Shown in pieces: positions 44,933 through 54,432 of a stretch of 64,000 nt of DNA. The stretch is from Alphaproteobacteria bacterium. GTDB taxonomy: Bacteria; Pseudomonadota; Alphaproteobacteria; Rs-D84. Each line of letters begins with the position of its first letter. The stretch's first letter is position 1. The translations under genes were made by a program, and so were the position numbers. The notes under the pieces were generated by a model. That model saw only the letters and a list, made by a program, of their open reading frames with translations, was not told where the DNA came from and ran no database searches. Where the stretch lies: NCBI GenBank assembly GCA_017528045.1, contig JAFXPG010000010.1:13968-77967 (forward strand), read 5' to 3'.

Positions 44933-45268
44933 TTATTTCCTGATAGTTATTTTTGATACAGCCTTTCTGCCATAATATTTATTAATTTTATTTATACATT
45001 CTTCAACTTTATAAGATAATTCCAGTGCAAAAGCTGAATTTATCGGACGTAAAACAATATTAAACTTATTATCTTTTGTTGTTTTTATTGCAACTACATT
45101 TGAAATATTTGCAATTTCATTACCAACAACATCACGCCACTTTTCTAGCAATATTGCATCCGAAGAACGAATACCAAAACGATCCATCAAAGAACCAAAT
45201 GATGCAGCCAAAGTCTGTGGACGAGATTTACGAACAAAAATATTTTCTTTTTTATCTTGGTTTGACAT
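44933..45268 (-). CDS. dciA: DUF721 / DciA-like protein (putative replicative-helicase operator)
   Basis: ...LEKWRDVVGNEIANISNVVAIK...FNIVLRPINSAFALELSYKVEECINKINKYYG fits the DUF721 pattern (W..ivG..la.......L.v.v.s.a.a.eL). Confidence 0.6.
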   Translation of the reverse strand: MSNQDKKENIFVRKSRPQTLAASFGSLMDRFGIRSSDAILLEKWRDVVGNEIANISNVVAIKTTKDNKFNIVLRPINSAFALELSYKVEECINKINKYYGRKAVSKITIRK

Positions 45269-46331
45269 AAGTATACTCTTTAGGCATCAAAATATACATT
45301 TGACCTGTTGCGTGTTGCCCATGTGCTAATTCAAAAGCTTCATCTCCTACACCAAAAAATATGTCTGCACGAATCCATCCTTTGATTGCACCACCGGTAT
45401 CTTGTGCTATCATCAAACGTTGAAATTTACGACCATCGGACAAATTTGTATCCAAATAGACCGGTAATCCTAATGTATAAATAGAATCATCAACAGCTAT
45501 TGTACGTATTTTTGATATTTTTACACCCATTTTTCCGATAACATCAAAATTTTCTGCAGCACGATAATAAACATAACGTGGATTGTTATCAACCAATTCT
45601 TGTGCTAAATCTCTGTGAGATTTTAAATACGCACGAACTGCTTTCATTGTGTATCCACCTTCTGGACGAATACCACGTTTTTGTAATTGAGAACCAATAC
45701 CATTAAATGGTAAATCGTTAGTAGAAGCAACATTAACTTTTACTTTACTGCCGTCTTCTAAGATTAATGTTGCAGACCCCATATCTTGTAAATCAATTGG
45801 ATCTATCCAATATATTACGCGTCCTATACGATTTTTAACCAAAGTTTTACTGTCTACACCTTTATATTTGCGACCATCTGTTGGTACATCCATAATTGGC
45901 ACACTGCATTTTGCTGTTTGATTACGACACGCATGAACCACAGGGGAATAATATCCTGTGAATTTTCCACCTTTGTCTGATCCTTTTTCGTTATAAATTT
46001 TGTAAGGTTGAAAATGTGATTCAAACCAAGCACGTACAGTTGCTATATCAGCAGAAGCACTTGGTAACATATTACATTTTTCACGCAACAATTCTGGATC
46101 TGGGATAACAGAGCCTGCATATTGAATCTTAGCTTTACAAGTATTACGAAAAGCTTGCAATGCATATCTTACATCATCATCTCGCCATCCAGGCAAAGCA
46201 GAATAAGACACAGCATGTAAATTAGAAGGTGTCTTGGAATTATTACCAACATGTGTTGGTGCTGACAAATCACATCCTGCCATAAGTCCCAAAAATCCAA
46301 TTACACCTAAAAATTTCATAATATTTAACAT
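45252..46331 (-). CDS. mltA: membrane-bound lytic murein transglycosylase A (lipoprotein)
   Basis: Lipobox LMAGC, MltA domain, and C-terminal 3D domain (AQDTGGAIKGWIRADIFFGVGDEA). ATG 46331 follows GGGGGGA. Confidence 0.8.
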   Translation of the reverse strand: MLNIMKFLGVIGFLGLMAGCDLSAPTHVGNNSKTPSNLHAVSYSALPGWRDDDVRYALQAFRNTCKAKIQYAGSVIPDPELLREKCNMLPSASADIATVRAWFESHFQPYKIYNEKGSDKGGKFTGYYSPVVHACRNQTAKCSVPIMDVPTDGRKYKGVDSKTLVKNRIGRVIYWIDPIDLQDMGSATLILEDGSKVKVNVASTNDLPFNGIGSQLQKRGIRPEGGYTMKAVRAYLKSHRDLAQELVDNNPRYVYYRAAENFDVIGKMGVKISKIRTIAVDDSIYTLGLPVYLDTNLSDGRKFQRLMIAQDTGGAIKGWIRADIFFGVGDEAFELAHGQHATGQMYILMPKEYTYVKPR

Positions 46332-46413
46332 TTTAACAATCCCCCCACTTGTAAAAATCATTTCTTAATGTTATATTATCATAAATCGATTAATAAAAAA
46401 AGGAGCAATCGTA

Positions 46414-46860
46414 ATGGCAAAATTTAATCTTATATCTCAATTTTTAAAAGATATCTCTTTTGAAAGCCCAAATGTCCCAGAATTATTCTTTAAACAAGAA
46501 AACAATCCTGCTAAATTGGAAATGAATATAGACATTAATATCAAAGGTTCTGAAAATAATTTATTTATGGTCGATGTAATCACAAAAGTTCATTCAAAAA
46601 TTGAAAAAGATAATAAAACTGTATTTTTAATCGAATCCACTTATACAGGAATGGTTCAATACGAAGAAAAAGATGAAGAAACAAAGAAAAGAACATTATT
46701 AATAGATGTTCCAACTGTTTTATTCCCATCTATTCGTGCAATCGTAACAAGATTGGTATCTGAATCTGGATTTCCTCCATTTAATATGCCAATTGTTGAT
46801 TTTGCAGACATGTATGAACAAAGACAAAATGCAGCAAAACAACAACCTGCTAATCAATAA
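46414..46860 (+). CDS. secB: protein-export chaperone SecB
   Basis: YLKDISFESPN...LLIDVPTVLFPSIRAIV, the typical SecB sequence and length. Confidence 0.88.
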   Translation: MAKFNLISQFLKDISFESPNVPELFFKQENNPAKLEMNIDINIKGSENNLFMVDVITKVHSKIEKDNKTVFLIESTYTGMVQYEEKDEETKKRTLLIDVPTVLFPSIRAIVTRLVSESGFPPFNMPIVDFADMYEQRQNAAKQQPANQ

Positions 46861-46871
46861 AAACATAAAAC

Positions 46872-46903
46872 AAAAAAACACCGGCAAATTCCGGTGTTTT
46901 TTT
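46872..46903. terminator. bidirectional terminator AAAAAAACACCGG-CAAATT-CCGGTGTTTTTTT (recurrent motif, copy 1)
   Basis: Palindrome between convergent secB and yebC. Near-identical copies at 49552 and 63488. Confidence 0.75.
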
Positions 46904-46918
46904 ATAAATAAAATTTAA

Positions 46919-47635
46919 TTATGCTGCTGCTGTGAATACTTTTTGAACATCATCATTAGCATCCAAAGCATCAACCAATTTTTCTAATTTGGCATAAGCT
47001 TCATCATCCAAATCAACAGGCATATTTGGAACCCATGTTATTTCTGCATTTTCAGGTTCACCAAGTTTATCAGCCAAAGCTTTTTGAATATTCATAAAAT
47101 TATCTGGTTTTGTTGTGATAATAAATCCTTCTTCTGAAGTTTCTAAATTATCGGCATCAACTTCCATAACTAATTCCATCATTTCGTCTTCACTTTTACC
47201 AATTGATGCAGGATACATAATCTGTCCTACATGTGTAAACATGAACACAACAGAACCTTCTTCACCCATATTTCCACCATTTTTAGCAAAAATATTTCGA
47301 ACTTCTGGAACTGTTCTACGTGGATTATCAGTCAAAGCTTCTACAATCACAGGAACAGCATTTGGACCATAACCTTCGTATCTTACAGCTACAAAATTAT
47401 CTGTATTTGCACCTGATGCTTTTTCAATAGCACGTTTAATATTATCATTAGGCATAGAAGCTTTACGTGCCTGTAAAATTGCCAAACGCAATCTTGGGTT
47501 GTTATCTGGATTTTTATCACCCAATTTTGCCGCCATTGTTATTTCACGAGCCAATTTTGTAAACAAACCGCTGCGTGCTGCATCAACCAATCCTTTTTTG
47601 TGTTGGATGTTATGCCATTTACTGTGTCCACTCAT
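46919..47635 (-). CDS. yebC: YebC/PmpR family DNA-binding transcriptional regulator
   Basis: MSGHSKWHNIQHKKG N-terminus is diagnostic. Confidence 0.9.
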   Translation of the reverse strand: MSGHSKWHNIQHKKGLVDAARSGLFTKLAREITMAAKLGDKNPDNNPRLRLAILQARKASMPNDNIKRAIEKASGANTDNFVAVRYEGYGPNAVPVIVEALTDNPRRTVPEVRNIFAKNGGNMGEEGSVVFMFTHVGQIMYPASIGKSEDEMMELVMEVDADNLETSEEGFIITTKPDNFMNIQKALADKLGEPENAEITWVPNMPVDLDDEAYAKLEKLVDALDANDDVQKVFTAAA

Positions 47636-47685
47636 ATTTGACCTTTTGATTTAATTAGATTAGAATTACGTTAAAAGGATAACAA

Positions 47686-48258
47686 ATGATTGGAAAATTG
47701 CAAGGTGTAATTGATTATATTGGTGATGGATTCGTTATTTTAATGGTTGGTGGTGTTGGCTATAAAGTATACACCCCTGAAATATTAACACTGAAATCCC
47801 CGGTATCATTATGGATTGAAACAATAGTTCGTGAAGATTCTTTGCGTTTATTTGGTTTTTCAACAATTGCTGGCCAGAATTTATTCAATCAATTAACAAC
47901 TGTTTCTGGTGTTGGTCCAAAGGTGGCATTAGCCATAATGGGCACAATCAAAACAGATACTTTGATGTCCGCAATTGCAACAGGTGATGCAAAAACTATT
48001 GCCACAGCTCCAGGAGTTGGTAAGAAAGTCGCAGAAAAAATTATTGTTGAATTAAAAAACAAAATGGGTGGTGGTAATTTTGATTTTGGTAACGACATTG
48101 CAGGCGGCGCATTACCTGATTTATTAGCAGCATTAGAATCTTTGGGATACAAAAGGATGGATATAATTGATATGGCACAAAAATTAGTATCAAACAACCC
48201 AAATATGGATGTATCCAAATTGGTTCCAATGGCATTAAAAGAAATAAGCAGTAAATAA
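47686..48258 (+). CDS. ruvA: Holliday junction branch migration complex subunit RuvA
   Basis: MIGKLQG.., two HhH motifs (SGVGPKVALAI; APGVGKKVAEKI), and C-terminal domain III. Confidence 0.9.
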   Translation: MIGKLQGVIDYIGDGFVILMVGGVGYKVYTPEILTLKSPVSLWIETIVREDSLRLFGFSTIAGQNLFNQLTTVSGVGPKVALAIMGTIKTDTLMSAIATGDAKTIATAPGVGKKVAEKIIVELKNKMGGGNFDFGNDIAGGALPDLLAALESLGYKRMDIIDMAQKLVSNNPNMDVSKLVPMALKEISSK

Positions 48259-49553
48259 TGAATACTCAAGATACTATTTTTGCATTGTCATCAGCACCTG
48301 GTAAATCAGGTGTTGCTGTTGTACGTATAAGTGGCAATGATTTATCAAAATTATTTGAACGTATTATAAATAAAAATGAGCATATTGTTCGTCATGCTTA
48401 TTATACAAATTTTAAAGATGATAATAATGATTTGATAGATCAGTGTATAGCAATATTTTTTTCTGCACCGAATTCTTTTACAGGTGAAGATGTTATAGAA
48501 ATTTATTCACACGGTGCTTCGGCTGTTATAGACAAAATATTTGATTTTTTACGTGGTTATAATTGTCGCATAGCAAACCGTGGTGAATTTTCACAACGTG
48601 CTTTTTATAACAATAAAATGGATTTAACAGATGTTGATGGTTTAATCGCATTATTAGATGCACAAACAGATAAACAACGTCAAAGTGCATTGCGTTCTTT
48701 AACAGGTAACGATTCAAAAACTTATACAGACTGGCGCAATCAAATGATTGAAATATCTGCGTATGCAGCGGCTATTTTAGATTATGATGAAGATGATTTA
48801 CCAAAAGATATAGATAAAAAAATATTAGAAAAAACAAAAACATTATTACAAGAATTAAAAAATTCTGTTGATGGATTTCATGCTTCTCGTGCTTTACGTA
48901 ATGGATTTAATATTGTTTTAATTGGTGAAACAAATGTTGGAAAATCTTCCATATTTAATAAATTAGTTGGTTCAAACCGTGCAATAGTTTCTGATATTGC
49001 TGGAACAACACGTGATGTTGTATCTTCACAAATAGATTTAGATGGATATCTGGTTAATTTATCAGATACCGCCGGTATTCGTGAATCAAATGATATTATT
49101 GAAAAAATTGGTATTGAAAGAACGCATGACGAAATAGAAAAAGCTGATTTAATAATTCATGTTTATAATAATATCCCAGAAATAATTAAATCAGATGAAA
49201 TTACAGTTATAAATAAATCAGATTTATTAACTGATAAATCAAATAAAAATGTAATTTATACATCTGTGAATACTGATACAGGTTTTGATATTTTATTAAA
49301 TACAATAAAACAAAAAATGCATGAATTGATGGGAAACAGCGAATCTAAAATCACAATAAATGAACGTACTTATGAATTGTTAAAAGAAGCTATTTCTGAA
49401 TTAGAAAATGCTATTAATAAATACGATGGCAATTATGATATATTTGCAGAACATGTTCACAGAGCCAGCGATGCCATTGGTAAAATATTAGGTGTTATAA
49501 CTACAAGCGAAATTGCCGATGCAACATTTTCAAGATTATGTTTAGGAAAATAA
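48258..49553 (+). CDS. mnmE: tRNA modification GTPase MnmE
   Basis: DTIFALSS..G.SGVAVVRISG, G domain GETNVGKSS/DTAGIRE, and C-terminal CLGK. Confidence 0.9.
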   Translation: MNTQDTIFALSSAPGKSGVAVVRISGNDLSKLFERIINKNEHIVRHAYYTNFKDDNNDLIDQCIAIFFSAPNSFTGEDVIEIYSHGASAVIDKIFDFLRGYNCRIANRGEFSQRAFYNNKMDLTDVDGLIALLDAQTDKQRQSALRSLTGNDSKTYTDWRNQMIEISAYAAAILDYDEDDLPKDIDKKILEKTKTLLQELKNSVDGFHASRALRNGFNIVLIGETNVGKSSIFNKLVGSNRAIVSDIAGTTRDVVSSQIDLDGYLVNLSDTAGIRESNDIIEKIGIERTHDEIEKADLIIHVYNNIPEIIKSDEITVINKSDLLTDKSNKNVIYTSVNTDTGFDILLNTIKQKMHELMGNSESKITINERTYELLKEAISELENAINKYDGNYDIFAEHVHRASDAIGKILGVITTSEIADATFSRLCLGK

Positions 49554-49584
49554 AAAAACACCGGCAAATGCCGGTATTTTTTTA
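49552..49584. terminator. bidirectional terminator AAAAAAACACCGG-CAAATG-CCGGTATTTTTTT (recurrent motif, copy 2)
   Basis: Hairpin between convergent mnmE and the acyl-CoA ligase. Confidence 0.7.
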
Positions 49585-51162
49585 TTCTTTTCTGTCTGGA
49601 TATTGACCAGCAATTAAGTTCTTTCGAACAACATGGTGTTTAACCTTTTGTGTACTGGTCATTGGTAAATCTTCAGTTGTCATTGCAAAATGCGTTACCC
49701 ATTTATATGAAGCAACTTTTTTATTTTGTTCTGCAATTTCTTTTGACAATTTATCCAATGTCATATCTTTATCAACACTGAACACACCGTATGCAACTGT
49801 TTTATCACCTACTTTATGTTCGAATACCGCGACATTTTTTACACCTGGAATTTCAATGAATAAACCTTCCAGTTCATCTGGATATACGTTTTTACCAGAA
49901 TCTAAAACAATTACTTGTTTTTTACGTCCAGCAAAATGTAATTCTCCGTTTTTATCCATATACATCATATCGCCAGTATTAAACCAACCATCTTGATCAA
50001 ATACAGTTGCATTAACTTCATCATTATTCATATAACCATTGAAAACTTGATGCCCACGCAACCATAAAACACCTACACCATTTTCGTCTTTATCACGAAT
50101 TTCACATTCGTTATTAGATGTTGGAGCACCAACTGAATAAGCCAATCTTTTATTGGTTGGTTTTGAAATACAGATTGGTCCTACTGTTTCTGTTAAACCA
50201 TAACCTTGTATAAAAGATAAACCCAAAGATTCATAGAAATTTTCAACTTCTGGTTTAGTAGCTGCACCACCGGCAATTAATAATTTAGCACGTCCACCAA
50301 AAACACTTAAAATTGGTTCTTGCACTTTGCGAACAAAGAAATCTAAGCCCATATCTTTTAATGTTTTTTGATTTCTTAAAATAAATGATGCGACACGCCA
50401 TTTACCTTGTTCTTTCATTGTTGTAACAATTTTATTACGGAACAATTCCCAAACACGTGGAACAGCCGGTATAACATGTGGTTGGAATTTTTTGAAATCG
50501 TCCAAGATATATTTAGGATTAACCGTTGGTTGCAAAACCAATGATGCGCCATAATGAACAGTTGCCAAAATACCAATAGCAAAACCGAATATATGATACA
50601 AAGGTAAAAAACCATACATAACATCACCTGAATGAAAATATTCAGACATATCTTCCAAAGAATTTGCACATTCTGTTAAGTTAAAATGTGTTAAAGGAAC
50701 AACTTTTGGTGTTCCTGTGGAACCAGAGGTGAAAGATAAAGTTGCGATATCTGTTGATTCAGAAGCATAAGGTCTTAAATCATAATTTATATCGCCATCT
50801 TTGCTGGTAATATCATAAAATTTAAATTTTTTTGTTTTATAAAAGAACGATGGTTCTGCACAAACAAATTTACATCCAGCAATTTCACACATTTTATCGT
50901 ATTCCAAAGGTGTTAAATTTGTATCTAACATCAATACAGTTCCACCCAAATACCATACAGCAAATAAAGTCAATGGAAATTGTGGAATATTATGCGATAA
51001 AATTCCAACAATATCACCGTGTTTAATACCTTCTTTGTGTAAACTTGCAGCCCTTGCACGAACTTGTTCAATGAATTGAGAATAAGTTACGTTTTCACGA
51101 ACCAAAAATAAATTTTCTGGCCATTGATTAACTGCATTTTCTAATTTTTGATACATATTCAT
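49582..51162 (-). CDS. AMP-dependent synthetase/ligase (FadD-like acyl-CoA or acyl-ACP synthetase), paralog 1 of 3
   Basis: SFTSGSTGTPK (AMP motif I), QGYGLTET, TGD, GRKKQVIVLDSGKNVYP. Confidence 0.85.
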   Translation of the reverse strand: MNMYQKLENAVNQWPENLFLVRENVTYSQFIEQVRARAASLHKEGIKHGDIVGILSHNIPQFPLTLFAVWYLGGTVLMLDTNLTPLEYDKMCEIAGCKFVCAEPSFFYKTKKFKFYDITSKDGDINYDLRPYASESTDIATLSFTSGSTGTPKVVPLTHFNLTECANSLEDMSEYFHSGDVMYGFLPLYHIFGFAIGILATVHYGASLVLQPTVNPKYILDDFKKFQPHVIPAVPRVWELFRNKIVTTMKEQGKWRVASFILRNQKTLKDMGLDFFVRKVQEPILSVFGGRAKLLIAGGAATKPEVENFYESLGLSFIQGYGLTETVGPICISKPTNKRLAYSVGAPTSNNECEIRDKDENGVGVLWLRGHQVFNGYMNNDEVNATVFDQDGWFNTGDMMYMDKNGELHFAGRKKQVIVLDSGKNVYPDELEGLFIEIPGVKNVAVFEHKVGDKTVAYGVFSVDKDMTLDKLSKEIAEQNKKVASYKWVTHFAMTTEDLPMTSTQKVKHHVVRKNLIAGQYPDRKE

Positions 51163-51183
51163 TTTTGTTACCTACTTTCTTTA

Positions 51184-52764
51184 TTAGTCATGTCTTATCG
51201 TATATTTACCATCAATCAACCATTGACGAACGACATGGTGTTTTATTTTTTGTGTACTGGTCACAGGCAAATCATCTGTTGTTAAAGCAAAATGTGTCAC
51301 CCATTTATAAGAAGCAACTTTTTTATTTGTATTAGCAACTTGTGCTGCTAATTTATCAATACTCATTCCTTCTTCTACACTGAACACACCGTATGCAACA
51401 GTTTTACCACCTATTTCATGTTCGAATACAGCTACACTTTTTACACCTGGAATTTCAATGAATAAACCTTCCAGTTCATCTGGATATACGTTTTTACCAG
51501 AATCTAAAACAATTACTTGTTTTTTACGTCCAGCAAAATGTAATTCTCCGTTTTTATCAATTGATACCAAATCACCTGTACAGAAAAAACCATCTTTATC
51601 AAAAGATTCTTTGTTGGCTTCATCATTATTCAAATAGCCACCAAATATTTGGTTTCCACGAACCCATAACATACCTATTCCATTTTCATCTTTATTACGG
51701 ATTTGAATTTCAGTATCACCCATTGGTGCACCAAAAGCATAAGGAATACGTTTTTTCAAAGGTCTTGAACAACATATTGGACCAACGGTTTCTGTCATTC
51801 CATATCCTTGAACAAAAGCCATTCCCAGTTGTGTATAAAATTTTTCAACTTCTGGTTTAGTAGCTGCACCACCTGCAACTAATAATCTTGCACGTCCACC
51901 AAAAATAGAACGAATTTGATTAAGAACTTTATCAACTAATTTTCCCAATCCAACCAATCGCAATACTTTTTGATTATTCATGATGAAAGATACTAACCAC
52001 CACTTCTTTTTTGCTTTTACACCTTCAATAATTTTTTTACGGAATATTTCCCATAACTTTGGTACGGCAGGTATAACTTGTGGTTTATATTTTGCAAAAT
52101 CAGCCATAATCGCATTAGGATTAATCGTAGATTGCAATAATATTCCCATACCAAAATGCAATGGTGCCAAAAATCCAACAGCAAAACCAAACACATGGTA
52201 TAATGGTAAAAATGCATAAAACATTTCACCAGGTCTTAACCATTGATTTAAATATTCCAAATTATCAGAACAAGAAACTAAATTAAAATGAGTCAAAGGA
52301 ACCACTTTTGGTGTTCCCGTGGAACCAGATGTAAAAGACATAGTTGCAACATCTTCATCTTTCAAAGGATAAGCTTTTAAATTTTCGTCTGTATTTTCAT
52401 CTTTTGTTTCTATATCAAAAAACCTAAAAGTTTCAGTTTCATAAAAGAATGATTTTTCAGCACATACAAATTTACAATCTGTGGTTTTAGTCATATTTTC
52501 ATATTCAACAGATGTTAAATTTGTATCTAATAACAAAACAGTTCCACCCAAATACCAAATTGCAAATAAAGTAGATACAAATTCTGGTATATTGTGTGAT
52601 AACAAGCCAACTACATCTCCAGGTTTAACACCTAAATCACGTAAAGTAGTTGCACGTGCTTGAACCATTTTTGGAAAATCTTCAAAAGTTATATTTTCAC
52701 GAACAAGAAATACTGTTTTTGGATTTCTTGTAACGTTTTTTTCCAATAATTGATACATATTCAT
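51184..52764 (-). CDS. AMP-dependent synthetase/ligase, paralog 2 of 3
   Basis: Same motifs as paralog 1. TAATG stop/start overlap with paralog 3. Confidence 0.85.
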   Translation of the reverse strand: MNMYQLLEKNVTRNPKTVFLVRENITFEDFPKMVQARATTLRDLGVKPGDVVGLLSHNIPEFVSTLFAIWYLGGTVLLLDTNLTSVEYENMTKTTDCKFVCAEKSFFYETETFRFFDIETKDENTDENLKAYPLKDEDVATMSFTSGSTGTPKVVPLTHFNLVSCSDNLEYLNQWLRPGEMFYAFLPLYHVFGFAVGFLAPLHFGMGILLQSTINPNAIMADFAKYKPQVIPAVPKLWEIFRKKIIEGVKAKKKWWLVSFIMNNQKVLRLVGLGKLVDKVLNQIRSIFGGRARLLVAGGAATKPEVEKFYTQLGMAFVQGYGMTETVGPICCSRPLKKRIPYAFGAPMGDTEIQIRNKDENGIGMLWVRGNQIFGGYLNNDEANKESFDKDGFFCTGDLVSIDKNGELHFAGRKKQVIVLDSGKNVYPDELEGLFIEIPGVKSVAVFEHEIGGKTVAYGVFSVEEGMSIDKLAAQVANTNKKVASYKWVTHFALTTDDLPVTSTQKIKHHVVRQWLIDGKYTIRHD

Positions 52765-54362
52765 TATAAACGCTCCCGTAATTTATCAGTGTTATCTGGA
52801 TATTTACCATCAATCAAATTTTGACGTACTTCATGATGTTTTACTTTTTGAGTACTGGTCATCGGTAAGTTATCTGTTGTCATTGCAAAATGTGTTACCC
52901 ATTTATATGGTGCAACCTTACGATTAGCCAGCGCAACTTGTGCTGCTAATTTAATTAAACTTACACCTTTTTCAACTTGGAACACAGCATATGTCACAGT
53001 TTTATTTTTTACTTTATGTTCAAACACAGCAACGTTTTTAACACCATCTATTTCCATAAATAATGCTTCTAATTCATCTGGATAAACATTTTTACCAGAA
53101 TCTAAAACAATTACTTGTTTTTTACGACCTGCGAAATGATATTGATTATATTTATCTAAATAAACCAAATCACCGGTATTAAACCAACCATCTTTATCAA
53201 AAGATTCTGCATTTGCATTTTTATTATTTAAATAACCATTAAATACATTTGGTCCACGTACCCATAATGTTCCAATACCTTTTTCATTTGCATCGCGTAT
53301 TGTACATTCAGAACAACCTATGGGTGTTCCAAAAGCAAACGGCACACGATGTTTAGCAGGACGAGAGCAACAGAATGGACCAACAGTTTCAGTCATTCCA
53401 TATCCTTGAACAAAAGTTATACCCAAAGATTCATAGAATTTTTCAACTTCTGGTTTAGTAGCTGCACCACCTGCAATCATCAAATTTACACGACCACCAA
53501 AAATATCACGCAAAGGTTTTTGAACTTTAGCAACTAATTTTTTCAAACCAATTGCGCGTAAAAATTTTTGATGACGTAAAACGAACGATACAAACCACCA
53601 CATACGTTTTGCTTTAACACCTTCGATAATTTTATTACGAAAAACTTCGTATAATCTTGGTACCGCAGGAATACAATGAGGTTTATAAACTTTAAAATCT
53701 TCCAAAATGTATTTTGGATTAACACTTGGTTGTAATAAAATTCCCATATGGAAATACATTGGTGCCAAAATACCACCGGCAAACCCAAATATATGATACA
53801 AAGGTAAAAATCCATACATTATTTCATTTTTATGTAACCATTTACCCATATCTGCATAATAATCAGAAGAAGTCTTTAAATTACCATGAGTCAAAGGAAC
53901 AACTTTTGGTGATCCAGTAGATCCAGAAGTAAAAGACATTGTTGCAACAGCATCTTCTTTCAATTTTACAGATTTTAATTTTGCATCAGCTTTTTCATCT
54001 TTTGTTTCTATATCAAAAAATTTAAAACCTTTTGCTTTATAGAAAAAAGATTTTTCTGCACATACAAATTTACATTTAACCGTTTTAGTCATATTATCAT
54101 ATTCAAATGGCGTCAAATTTGTATCCAGCAATAAAACTGTGCCACCCAGATACCATATAGCGAAAAGAGTCAACGGAAATTCTGGAATATTATGTGCCAA
54201 CAACCCAACAACATCACCTGCTTTTACCCCTGCTTTATGTAATGTGGTTGCACGTGCATGAACCATTTTCAGAAAGTTTTTAAATGTGATCTTTTCACGT
54301 ACCAAATACAAAGCATTAGGCGATTCTTTCGCCACCTGCTCTAAAACGTGATACATATTCAT
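52764..54362 (-). CDS. AMP-dependent synthetase/ligase, paralog 3 of 3
   Basis: SFTSGSTGSPK, QGYGMTET, TGD, GRKKQVIVLDSGKNVYP. Confidence 0.85.
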   Translation of the reverse strand: MNMYHVLEQVAKESPNALYLVREKITFKNFLKMVHARATTLHKAGVKAGDVVGLLAHNIPEFPLTLFAIWYLGGTVLLLDTNLTPFEYDNMTKTVKCKFVCAEKSFFYKAKGFKFFDIETKDEKADAKLKSVKLKEDAVATMSFTSGSTGSPKVVPLTHGNLKTSSDYYADMGKWLHKNEIMYGFLPLYHIFGFAGGILAPMYFHMGILLQPSVNPKYILEDFKVYKPHCIPAVPRLYEVFRNKIIEGVKAKRMWWFVSFVLRHQKFLRAIGLKKLVAKVQKPLRDIFGGRVNLMIAGGAATKPEVEKFYESLGITFVQGYGMTETVGPFCCSRPAKHRVPFAFGTPIGCSECTIRDANEKGIGTLWVRGPNVFNGYLNNKNANAESFDKDGWFNTGDLVYLDKYNQYHFAGRKKQVIVLDSGKNVYPDELEALFMEIDGVKNVAVFEHKVKNKTVTYAVFQVEKGVSLIKLAAQVALANRKVAPYKWVTHFAMTTDNLPMTSTQKVKHHEVRQNLIDGKYPDNTDKLRERL

Positions 54363-54432
54363 AATTTAAAATCCTTGTTGTTTTTATATTGGACATTGTG
54401 TATTATAGACTTATAAAAAAAAGATTGCAATT

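Larger units (their letters stand above)
49582..54362 (-). repeat. tandem triplication (~1.6 kb unit) of the acyl-CoA-ligase gene
   Basis: Three colinear paralogs all starting MNMY. Shared identical nucleotide blocks, e.g. TTCAACTTCTGGTTTAGTAGCTGCACCACC in all three. Confidence 0.9.
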
